The position numbers were made by a program, and so were the translations under genes. A DNA stretch of 32,000 nt, taken from assembly GCF_000008625.1 (NCBI RefSeq), contig NC_000918.1, positions 720,001 through 752,000 of the forward strand, in the 5' to 3' direction. Positions 7,480 through 19,749 of the stretch are shown one piece after another. Numbering within the stretch: the first letter of the stretch is position 1; the number at the start of each line of letters is the position of its first letter. A model generated the notes under the pieces. The model saw only the letters and a program-made list of their open reading frames with translations, made no database searches and was not told the origin of the DNA. Source of the stretch: Aquifex aeolicus VF5. Lineage in GTDB: Bacteria > Aquificota > Aquificia > Aquificales > Aquificaceae.

Positions 7480-8592
7480 ATGATTTACTTTGATAACGCG
7501 GCAACTACACCTGTACTTCCAGAAGTAAAAAACTTCCTATGTAAAGCACTAGACATTTATGGGAATCCATCAAGTGTACATACACTAGGCAAATTTGCAA
7601 GAAGTGAAATAGAAACGGCAAGAAAAACAATTGCGAATTATTTGAAAGTAAAACCGGAAAATATTATTTTTAACTCTTGTGCAACTGAAGGAAATAATAC
7701 GATAATAAGAACGATATTAAACAATAAAGATAGGGGCAATGTAGTATTATCAGCAATAGAACATAAATCTGTGAAAGAGGCAATAAAATTTTGGGCAAAT
7801 AAAAGTATAGAAATAAGAGAGATTAAAGTAAATAAAAATGGAGTAATTGATTTAGAACACCTTTACCATTTGATTGATAGTAATACAATTTTAGTTTGCG
7901 TTATGTATGTAAGCAACGAATTCGGAACAATTCAGCCTATACAGGAAATAGCTAAAATTTGCTCCGATAAGGGTGTACCATTGCTAACAGATGCAGTGCA
8001 AGCAATAGGAAAAATCCCAATTGAACTAAAAAATATATCCTATGCGACATTTTCTGGACATAAATTTCACGCTATAAAAGGAAGTGGATTTTTATACATT
8101 TCTGACGAAGCTAATTATGAGCCTCTTATAGTTGGTGGAGGACAAGAAAATGGAAAAAGATCAGGTACAGAAAATGTTGTAGGAATACTTTCGTTAGCTA
8201 AAGCACTTGAAATAATTGTTTCTAACTTTTCGCGCTATCAGGAACAGCTTAAAAAATTAAGAGATCTTTTTGAGAATCTATTGCTTGAAGCTTTGCCAGA
8301 TGCTCAAATTGTAGGAAAAGATGCAGAAAGAAGTCCCTCAATATCTTCTGTTATTATGCCTAAATTTTTCGGAGCAGAAATAGTTAATAAATTATCAGAA
8401 AAGGGAATATATTGCTCGACTGGATCAGCCTGTTTATCAGGAGAATATGAGCCGAATAAACATATGTTGAAAATGGGGTTTTCTCAAGAAAAAGCTTTAA
8501 GAATGGTACGCTTTTCATTTGGTCTTTTAAACAAAGAGGAAGAAGTAATAGAATGTATAGAAAGAATAAAAGAAATTTATAGATTAAATTAA
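7480..8592 (+). CDS. NifS/IscS-like class V PLP-dependent cysteine desulfurase (possible selenocysteine lyase)
   Basis: PLP-lysine motif SGHKFHAIKGSGFLY and active-site loop STGSACLSGE (group I SxGSAC). Length 370 aa. ATG lies 10 nt after the tRNA-Sec CCA, with no SD. Confidence 0.8.
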   Translation: MIYFDNAATTPVLPEVKNFLCKALDIYGNPSSVHTLGKFARSEIETARKTIANYLKVKPENIIFNSCATEGNNTIIRTILNNKDRGNVVLSAIEHKSVKEAIKFWANKSIEIREIKVNKNGVIDLEHLYHLIDSNTILVCVMYVSNEFGTIQPIQEIAKICSDKGVPLLTDAVQAIGKIPIELKNISYATFSGHKFHAIKGSGFLYISDEANYEPLIVGGGQENGKRSGTENVVGILSLAKALEIIVSNFSRYQEQLKKLRDLFENLLLEALPDAQIVGKDAERSPSISSVIMPKFFGAEIVNKLSEKGIYCSTGSACLSGEYEPNKHMLKMGFSQEKALRMVRFSFGLLNKEEEVIECIERIKEIYRLN

Positions 8593-8706
8593 AACGTCCA
8601 TCAACACAATTCTATAAAGGTGTAGAAAAAACAGTTTAGATATTAACTTATCACAGCCTAAAGAAAGGTAAGAAAGGCTGAAGAAGCAGTTAGAAGAACT
8701 ATTTAA

Positions 8707-8990
8707 AAAGTTAGAGAAACGAATGAGGTAGACTCGTCAATAAAAGCAAAGTCAGTAATACTGTATTTTAACGGAATATCTTTCAGAAAAGCAGTTCAAA
8801 TAATAGAACAGGAAACTGGTCTACGTGGATGAAACGAAGATAAAAGCAAGGGGCAAGCAGTATCGGTGGAAATCTTGCAGGGAGCTAAAATGCGGATGAA
8901 TACATGAAACTTTTGAAGTAGAAATGTGGTAAAGAGGTGGTTCAAGCATATTAAGCAGAGGATAAAGGGCTTTTACAAACTCTTTCTCCT
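8707..8990 (+). pseudogene. Decayed IS6-like (DDE) transposase remnant, multiple frameshifts and internal deletions
   Basis: Three short collinear segments in different frames. KAKSVILYFNGISFRKAVQIIEQETGL is HTH-like. VDETKIKARGKQY matches the first catalytic D region of IS6-type transposases. VKRWFKHIKQRIKGFYKLF matches the C-terminal ERfF..lK.R...Fy motif. There is no ORF of 60 aa or more in the 406-nt gap. Confidence 0.5.
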
Positions 8991-8998
8991 TTATTACT

Positions 8999-10590
<1,592 letters not shown>

Positions 10591-10600
10591 CTAATTAAGA

Positions 10601-10676
10601 TGGTAGGCGCGGGGGGACTTGAACCCCCGACCTCCGGCGTGTCGGGCCGGCGCTCTCCCTACTGAGCTACGCGCCT
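10601..10676 (-). tRNA. tRNA-Val (anticodon GAC), 76 nt, CCA encoded
   Basis: Reverse complement is AGGCGCG-TA-GCTC-AGTAGGGA-GAGC-G-CCGGC-CCGACAC-GCCGG-AGGTC-GGGGG-TTCAAGT-CCCCC-CGCGCCT-A-CCA. This is a clean cloverleaf with discriminator A73. Confidence 0.88.
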
Positions 10677-10703
10677 TTGCAGAATATATTATACTTCAAA
10701 TTT

Positions 10704-11984
10704 ATGAAATATTTAGGACTTTGCACAGACCTCTACGAACTCACCATGGCACAGAGTTACCTCTACGAAGGCAAAACCGGAACCGCTGTATTCTCCCTTT
10801 TTGTAAGGAAACTCCCCGAAAAGAGGAACTTCCTGATATCCGCAGGGCTCGAAACCTTGGTGGAGAGGATAAAGAACTTCAAGTTCGGAGATGAGGAGAT
10901 AAAGTATTTAAAGAGCCTGGGAATTTTTAAAGACGATTTTCTGGACTACCTCAAGGACTTTGAATTTTCTGGAAATGTTTACGCAATTCCCGAGGGAAGG
11001 ATAGTATTCCAAAACGAACCTCTCGTTCAGGTAGAAGCTCCGATTCCCGAAGCCCAACTCCTTGAGACGTTGGTAATAAATACTATACAGTTTGAGACAA
11101 TGATAGCTTCAAAGGCGGTGAGGAGTTATCTCGTGGCTAAAGGGAAGAAGCTCGTTGATTTCGGTTTCAGGCGGGCCCACGGCTTAGAAGCGGGAATCCT
11201 TGCAGCGAGGGCTTCCTACATCGCCGGTTTTGACGGGACTTCAAACGTCGAGGCGGGAAGGGAGTTCGGTATTCCCGTTGTGGGAACTATGGCACACTCC
11301 TACGTGATGATTTTTGACAAGGAAGAAGACGCCTTCAGGGCTTTTGCCAAACTCTACCCCAAGAACGCTATATTCCTGATAGACACCTACGATACCATTG
11401 AGGCGGCAAAAAAGGTCGTAGACCTCGCAAAGGAAGGCGTACCCGTTGTGGGAGTCAGAATTGACAGCGGTGATATAGTGAAGCTTTCCAAGGAAGTGAG
11501 GAAAATTCTGGACGAAAACGGACTGAAAAATGTAAGGATTATAGTGAGCGGTGGCGTTGACGAGTACAAAATCAAGGAATGGTTTGACAGAGGCGCTCCC
11601 ATAGACGCCTTCGGCGTAGGAACGAAGTTCATAACTTCCGCAGATGCCCCATACTTTGACATAGCCTATAAGCTCGTTGAGTACGAAGGAAAACCAAAGT
11701 ACAAACTCAGCCCCGGTAAAAAAACATTCCCATACAAGAGGCAGGTCTACAGGTATTACGAAAACGGAAAGATGAAGTACGACGAGACCGCCAAGTGGGA
11801 GAGCAAAAGGGAAGGAGAACCTCTGGTAGAACTCGTTATGAAAAACGGAAAGCTAATAAAGGAATTGCCTAGCCTGAAGGAAATAAGGGAAGTTGTGATG
11901 TCGGAACTAGAAAAACTCCCCGAAAATTACAAGGACATAACGAAACACTACGAGTACGAAGTAAAGATCTTAGACTGGGAGTAA
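10704..11984 (+). CDS. pncB: Nicotinate phosphoribosyltransferase
   Basis: N-terminus LCTDLYELTMAQSYL and the GTMAHSYVM motif typical of the NAPRTase family. ATG 10704 is preferred over the ORF-track start at 10677, which abuts the tRNA. Confidence 0.82.
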   Translation: MKYLGLCTDLYELTMAQSYLYEGKTGTAVFSLFVRKLPEKRNFLISAGLETLVERIKNFKFGDEEIKYLKSLGIFKDDFLDYLKDFEFSGNVYAIPEGRIVFQNEPLVQVEAPIPEAQLLETLVINTIQFETMIASKAVRSYLVAKGKKLVDFGFRRAHGLEAGILAARASYIAGFDGTSNVEAGREFGIPVVGTMAHSYVMIFDKEEDAFRAFAKLYPKNAIFLIDTYDTIEAAKKVVDLAKEGVPVVGVRIDSGDIVKLSKEVRKILDENGLKNVRIIVSGGVDEYKIKEWFDRGAPIDAFGVGTKFITSADAPYFDIAYKLVEYEGKPKYKLSPGKKTFPYKRQVYRYYENGKMKYDETAKWESKREGEPLVELVMKNGKLIKELPSLKEIREVVMSELEKLPENYKDITKHYEYEVKILDWE

Positions 11985-12470
11985 TTCTTCTTTCACAATT
12001 ATCTTTTTATTCTCTTTATCCACTTTGAGGACTATATCCGAGACAAAGGGAACGAGTAAGTTTTCCTTATCGAGAACCAGAGCGTCGTAAGGACCCATAT
12101 CCTGAACCCTTTCAACCTTTCCGAGTTTCTTTCCCTTGTCCGTTTCAACCTCCATTCCCACAAGTTCATAAGCGTAGTACTCCTCTTCTCCTAACTCTGG
12201 CAGTTCTTCCTTGGGAAGGAAAAGCTTAGCCCCTTTAAACTGTTCAACCTCGTCTATTGAATCGTACCCCTTGAACTTTATAATTACCTTGTCGTCAATG
12301 AAGTCCACCCATTCAACCTCAAAGGGAACCCAATCTCCGCCTTTTCTCTTTAAGTAAACCTTTTCAAGGTTTTCAAAGACCTCCGGAGGTGCGTAAGGTC
12401 TCACCTTGAGTTCTCCCTCAAGTCCGAAGGTGTCCAGAACTTTTCCTATTACCACGTACTCCTCCATCAA
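11970..12470 (-). CDS. rimM: 16S rRNA processing protein RimM
   Basis: IGKVLDTFGLEGELKV N-terminal RimM domain plus a PRC-barrel-like C-terminus. The 3' end overlaps the pncB 3' end by 15 nt. Confidence 0.8.
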   Translation of the reverse strand: MMEEYVVIGKVLDTFGLEGELKVRPYAPPEVFENLEKVYLKRKGGDWVPFEVEWVDFIDDKVIIKFKGYDSIDEVEQFKGAKLFLPKEELPELGEEEYYAYELVGMEVETDKGKKLGKVERVQDMGPYDALVLDKENLLVPFVSDIVLKVDKENKKIIVKEELLPV

Positions 12471-12495
12471 TTTGTAATTTTATCCCTTAAATAAC

Positions 12496-12513
12496 ATACC
12501 GACCGGTCGGTAT
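12496..12513. promoter_or_regulatory. 18-bp perfect palindrome, candidate TetR operator overlapping the -10 box
   Basis: ATACCGACCGGTCGGTAT equals its own reverse complement. Its last 3 nt are the first 3 nt of TATAAT (12511-12516). Confidence 0.6.
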
Positions 12514-12516
12514 AAT
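12511..12516 (+). promoter_or_regulatory. Consensus -10 hexamer TATAAT, 6 nt upstream of the tetR GTG
   Basis: Read directly. No SD lies between the hexamer and GTG 12523. Confidence 0.45.
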
Positions 12517-12522
12517 AATAGT

Positions 12523-13062
12523 GTGGGAACTAAGGAGAGAATTCTGGAAGTTTCAAAGGAATTGTTCTTTGAAAAGGGATATCAGGGAACGAGTGTTGAG
12601 GAGATCGTAAAGAGGGCGAACCTTTCAAAGGGAGCCTTTTACTTCCACTTCAAAAGTAAGGAAGAATTAATAACCGAAATAATAGAACGAACGCATAAAA
12701 AAATAATTTCCCTGTTTGAAGAAAATAAGGAAAAAACTCCCGAAGAACTTCTGGAAATGTTCCTTGAAGTACTCTACAGGGAGAAGAAAGTAGTTTACAT
12801 ATTCCTCTTTGACCTCCTCTGTTCCGAAAAATTCAGGAATATTTACTTTGAAAAGATAGAGGACGCTAAAAGAAGGTTTGAAAAATTCCTTGAAAAGCAC
12901 TTCCCTTCAAAGGCTGAGATACTCTCCGAAATAATACTCGGTTTCCTCAGGCAATTAATCCTGCACTACGTTATAAAGGAAGAAAGGGAACTCCCATTCC
13001 TAAAGGAAAAACTCAGGGAAGGGTTGAAGTTAATCTTCGAGGGAGTGAAAAAATGTGGATAA
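12523..13062 (+). CDS. TetR/AcrR-family transcriptional repressor
   Basis: N-terminal HTH KERILEVSKELFFEKGYQGTSVEEIVKRANLSKGAFYFHFKSKEEL. First gene of the efflux operon. Confidence 0.88.
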   Translation: MGTKERILEVSKELFFEKGYQGTSVEEIVKRANLSKGAFYFHFKSKEELITEIIERTHKKIISLFEENKEKTPEELLEMFLEVLYREKKVVYIFLFDLLCSEKFRNIYFEKIEDAKRRFEKFLEKHFPSKAEILSEIILGFLRQLILHYVIKEERELPFLKEKLREGLKLIFEGVKKCG

Positions 13063-14306
13063 TACTGCTCATCCCGACACTTTTATTCTCCTTAGGGCTT
13101 CAGGAACTATGGAAAAGTGCCCTCAAGAAAAATCCCGAAATACTTGCCCAAAAACAGGACATTAGAGCCAAGGAGTATAAACTAAAGGCTACAAAGAACT
13201 TATACTTCCCTCTCTTTGAAGCGCAGTACTCCCGCGCGTGGCTCAGTGAAAAACAAAAGCTTGAGGTATTTCCCTTTTCCTTTGATATGACGAAAAAGAA
13301 TTACGAGAACTACTCAATCTCCCTGAAGGAACTCCTCTACGACTTCGGAAGACGGGAGAAGTTAATAGACATTTCGGTAAAGGAACTAAAAGTGAGTCAA
13401 TATTTTTACGAGGAAAAGAAACAAGAAATTTTGTACAAGGTTGCGGAAAATTACTTTAACGTTCTGAGCGTTAAGGGAAAGATAAGGATTTATGAGGAGG
13501 AATTAAAAGCGGTAAAATCCCAGTACCAACTCGCAAAAGCTTACTACGAAAAAGGACTCGTTGCGATAACGGACCTTCTTCAGGCAAAGGTTCGCATACA
13601 CGAAGTTAAGGAAAAAATAAGAAAAGAAAAGGGAAATCTTGAAACGCTACTCGTGAACCTCTCAAACCTCACGGGAATAGAGAAAGAAAAATTAAGGAAT
13701 ATTCAAGAAATTGAAGGAATTCCTGAAATCAAAGATCTCAGTTATTACCTGAAAACGGCGTACGAAAGGAGGGGAATTTTAAAGGCTCAAAAGGAAAAGG
13801 TAAAAATACTTGAGAACCTTGCAAGGATAAAAGCCCTTGAGTATGCGCCACAAATTTTCGGAGGTTTAACTTACTACTACACCAACCAGAATCCAAACGT
13901 AGAACCAAAAGGTTTATTCAGTTATTACGTGGGAGCTACCCTTTCATTCCAAACTCTAAAACCCTACTACGAACACCTTTCCCTGAAGAGGGAAAAAATA
14001 AAAGCTTTAAAGGAGCTTGAAAGTCTGGAAAACTCAATAAAACTCCAAGTAAAGAGTGCTTATGAGGATGTTTTAACCGCTAAAGAAAACCTGAAAACCG
14101 CAAAAGAGAGACTCAAGTTTGCAAAAAAGTACTACGAACTCGCTTTGGAACAGTACAAAAATCAATTAATATCCCAGACGGACCTCCTTATAGCGGAAGC
14201 CACCTTAACGAGTGCAAAGGAAGCCCTCCTGATAGCGAAAAACGAACTCTGGAAGGCTTATTACAGACTCCTTTGGGCTTCTTCCCTTCTGGAGGTTGAA
14301 AGATGA
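13053..14306 (+). CDS. TolC-like outer membrane efflux protein (OMF)
   Basis: Signal-like N-terminus and two tandem OEP repeats with long coiled-coil segments. Overlaps the tetR stop by 10 nt. Confidence 0.8.
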   Translation: MWIILLIPTLLFSLGLQELWKSALKKNPEILAQKQDIRAKEYKLKATKNLYFPLFEAQYSRAWLSEKQKLEVFPFSFDMTKKNYENYSISLKELLYDFGRREKLIDISVKELKVSQYFYEEKKQEILYKVAENYFNVLSVKGKIRIYEEELKAVKSQYQLAKAYYEKGLVAITDLLQAKVRIHEVKEKIRKEKGNLETLLVNLSNLTGIEKEKLRNIQEIEGIPEIKDLSYYLKTAYERRGILKAQKEKVKILENLARIKALEYAPQIFGGLTYYYTNQNPNVEPKGLFSYYVGATLSFQTLKPYYEHLSLKREKIKALKELESLENSIKLQVKSAYEDVLTAKENLKTAKERLKFAKKYYELALEQYKNQLISQTDLLIAEATLTSAKEALLIAKNELWKAYYRLLWASSLLEVER

Positions 14307-15423
14307 AAAAGTACATAGGCGTTTTTACGGTTGTGGCTTTAATTGTGGGCTTTGGGATTTACGCCTTTTTCTTCATAAAACACAGAATTGAGTATGCCAT
14401 AACAAACGCAGTCTTCGTTAAGGCGGACGAGCTTTCTTATCTGTCCTTCAGAGTAAGCGGAAAGGTTATTGAAGTTTACAAAGACCTCGGAGATTACGTA
14501 AAAAGGGGGGAAGCCCTTGCAAAACTGGATCCGACTTATTACGAACTTGAGAAAAGAACACTTGAGAAAAAAATGAGCGCCCTCCTTGAAAAGAAAAAAG
14601 CCCTTGAGATAAAAATTCAGAAGCTGGAAAAGGGACTTCATATAAGCCTGAGTGCTAAAAAACTAAAAGTTGAGAGTTTAAAAAAGAAAAGGGAAGCCCT
14701 ACGGGAAAAACTCCTTCAAGTGGAAGAGAAAATAAAACTCGTTAAACTTGACTGGGAACGCTACAAATCCCTCTTCCAAAAAGGACTTATCCCGAGAAGG
14801 AAGTTTGAAGAAGTAGACACGAACCTGAAAGTTTTACTTCACGAGAGGGAATACCTTGAAAAGAGCATACAGGAAATTAATACGGAGATAAAAAGGGCAA
14901 AGAAAGGCATTGAAAATGCAAGGAATGAGTTTAAAACAATAGAGGAACTAAAAAAGGAACTCTCCTCCCTTGAGGAAGAAATAAAGAGCCTGAAAGAGAG
15001 GATAAAAACCGCAGAGCAGAAGATAAAAGACACGGTTTTGATTGCACCTTTTGACGGAGTAGTTGCAAAGAGGTTCATAAGCAGGGGAGACGTTGTTAGG
15101 GCGGGACAGCCGGCCTTTGCCCTTGTAAACCCTGAAAGCTTTTACGTAGAGGTTTTACTCGAAGAGACGAAACTCAAAGGCGTGAAGGTGGGAAATAAAG
15201 CTTACGTGAGACTTGACGCTTACCCTGACATCCTTTTTGAAGGAGTTGTTGAGGAGATTTCCCCCGCTTCCGCAGCGACTTTTGCCTTAGTCCCCAGAGA
15301 TGTATCCGCGGGAGAATTCACAAAAGTTGTTCAGAGGATACCCGTAAAGATAAAGATTACGAAAGGGGATTTAAGCCTTCTGAGAGTGGGAATGGGCGGT
15401 GAGGTTGAGATAAGGAGAACGAG

Positions 15424-15427
<4 letters not shown>
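14303..15427 (+). CDS. HlyD/EmrA-family membrane fusion protein
   Basis: N-terminal TM helix, long coiled coil, and a C-terminal beta-barrel motif (APFDGVVAKRFISRGDVV...). ATGA overlap with the OMF gene. Confidence 0.85.
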
Positions 15428-17998
<2,571 letters not shown>

Positions 17999-18024
17999 CT
18001 CGTGGAACTATTTTATATAAACTT

Positions 18025-18942
18025 ATGAAGATACTCGTAATCGGAGGACCTACAGCGATAGGAAAGTCAGACCTCGCATGTTGTGTAGCACAAAAGCTGA
18101 ACGGTGAAATCATAAGTGCGGATAGTATGGCGGTTTACAAGTTCATGGACATAGGAACAGCAAAACCTCTTGAGTGTATGAAAAAAGTTCCCCACCACCT
18201 CATAGACGTAGTAGAGCCGGGCGGATACTTTGACGCAAAGATTTTTGAGGAAATGGCAAAAGAAAAGATAGAAGAGATAAAAAGAAAGGGAAAAGTCCCC
18301 ATAGTCGTGGGAGGGACTTATCTCTACATTCAGGCACTCCTTTACGGGATAGACGAGACTCCAAAACCCGACTGGAATTTAAGAAATAAACTCTACGAAA
18401 TAGCCAGAAAAAAGGGAAACGATTACCTTTATGAAAAGTTAAAAGCCATAGACCCAAAATACGCAAAAAAAATACACAAAAACGATTTAAGGAGAATAGT
18501 GAGAGCTCTGGAAGTTTTCATAAACACGGGAAAACCCTTTTCCTCCTTCCACTCTTGGAACAAACCTAAAATGGACTTTGTAGGGATATACCTGAAGAGA
18601 AGTCCCGAAAGTTTATACAAAAGAATAGAAAACAGAGTTTACGACATGGTAAAGGACGGACTCCTTGAAGAGGTTAAAAAGTTATTAGAAATGGGATACG
18701 AGAACTTCCTGACTTCCGGGCAGGCTATAGATTACAAGGAATTTGTTCCCTGTGCAAAAGGGGAGAAGAGTTTAGAAGAGTGTATAAAAGAGGCGATAAA
18801 AAACACAAAGAAACAGGCAAAGAGGCAGATAAGATGGTTCAGAAAACAAGGCTGGCACGAAATAGACCTTGACAAACTGAGTATTGAAGAAGCGTGCGAA
18901 GAAGTTGTGAGGATTTATAAAGATGCAAATAAAACTAAGTGA
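18025..18942 (+). CDS. miaA: tRNA dimethylallyltransferase
   Basis: MKILVIGGPTAIGKSDLA P-loop and a DSM.VY..MDIGTAKP motif. ATG 18025 is preferred; the ORF-track start at 17878 runs antisense into gap. Confidence 0.88.
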   Translation: MKILVIGGPTAIGKSDLACCVAQKLNGEIISADSMAVYKFMDIGTAKPLECMKKVPHHLIDVVEPGGYFDAKIFEEMAKEKIEEIKRKGKVPIVVGGTYLYIQALLYGIDETPKPDWNLRNKLYEIARKKGNDYLYEKLKAIDPKYAKKIHKNDLRRIVRALEVFINTGKPFSSFHSWNKPKMDFVGIYLKRSPESLYKRIENRVYDMVKDGLLEEVKKLLEMGYENFLTSGQAIDYKEFVPCAKGEKSLEECIKEAIKNTKKQAKRQIRWFRKQGWHEIDLDKLSIEEACEEVVRIYKDANKTK

Positions 18943-19195
18943 ACACTTTTGGTATAGATGGGATAAGAGAAAGGATTTTATGCTGAAGGAAGGCATAACA
19001 CCAGAGAAGATAATAGAATTTGTATTAAATCCCGATTTAACTTTTCCTGACCCTATTTATCCAAATAGAGAATGGTGAATTAAGAAGGTAGGAAGTAGGT
19101 GTCTTAGAATTGTAATTGAATTAAAAGAAGATAAATTAGAAGTTGTAACTGCATTTTTTGATAGAACTCTCAGGAGGAAAGGACTATGCGAATAA
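18923..19195 (+). pseudogene. DUF4258-like toxin-type gene interrupted by in-frame TGA (codon 52); absent from the ORF track
   Basis: My translation: MQIKLSEHFWYRWDKRKDFMLKEGITPEKIIEFVLNPDLTFPDPIYPNREW*IKKVGSRCLRIVIELKEDKLEVVTAFFDRTLRRKGLCE. Similarity to the small DUF4258 pattern (M.i.fS.H...R...R.i....i..vl..p......r......g..lrvv......vvTa) continues across the stop at 19076-19078. The 3' end overlaps the downstream gene by 10 nt. Confidence 0.5.
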
Positions 19196-19386
19196 AGTAT
19201 TTTCCCGATACTGACACACTTATTATAGATATAAAGGAAGAACCTATAGCGGAGAGTGAATATCTTGAAGATTTAGGAGTTATAATTGACTACAATGAGA
19301 AGAACGAAATAGTGGGCTTTGAAATACTAAACTGGTCCAAATTCCAAAAAGAAGGAAAGGAACTCAAGCTTCCCGTTTATATTTAA
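19186..19386 (+). CDS. DUF2283-family small protein (antitoxin-like partner)
   Basis: MRIKYFPDTDTLIIDIKEEPIAESEYLEDLGVIIDYNEKNEIVGFEILNWSK matches the DUF2283 pattern (YD.e.D.lyi.l....aeS.e...gvi.Dyde.g.ivGiEIL.as). SD AGGAGG. Confidence 0.65.
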   Translation: MRIKYFPDTDTLIIDIKEEPIAESEYLEDLGVIIDYNEKNEIVGFEILNWSKFQKEGKELKLPVYI

Positions 19387-19452
19387 TGATGATATTTACC
19401 ATATCGCATATAAGAATAATTGAATAAATTCTCATAAAAGGAGGTGTGAAGT

Positions 19453-19749
19453 ATGGCTGAGGAAAAGAAGGAGCAAGTTCAAGAAACTAAGATGCCGACA
19501 AGAGAAGAGATTGAAAAGGTTCTGGACGAAATTAGACCCGCTCTCAGGTTTGACGGCGGTGACGTTGAACTTGTAGACGTTCAAGAGGACGGAACCGTGC
19601 TCGTTAGACTTGTCGGAGCGTGCTCAGGTTGTGGTATGTCAGTATTGACCCTGAAGGCTGGAATTGAGAGGGTATTAAAGCAAAGATTCCCTCAGATAAA
19701 AGAAGTAAAAGACGTGAATATGGACATACCCATGACTTTTGGCTTTTAA
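19453..19749 (+). CDS. NifU C-terminal-domain (Nfu-type) Fe-S cluster carrier
   Basis: [17 protein letters not shown]...[18 protein letters not shown] with a CxxC motif. SD AAAGGAGGTG. Confidence 0.85.
   Translation: MAEEKKEQVQETKMPTREEIEKVLDEIRPALRFDGGDVELVDVQEDGTVLVRLVGACSGCGMSVLTLKAGIERVLKQRFPQIKEVKDVNMDIPMTFGF

Noticed and set aside
19076-19078. Whether the in-frame TGA in the DUF4258-like gene could be a second selenocysteine codon.
   Set aside because: There is no G+C-rich hairpin at the required ~11-nt distance downstream; the sequence is aattaagaaggtaggaagtaggtg. The family has no redox Cys at this position, and TGG-TGA looks like a simple point mutation. Read-through or pseudogenisation is more plausible.
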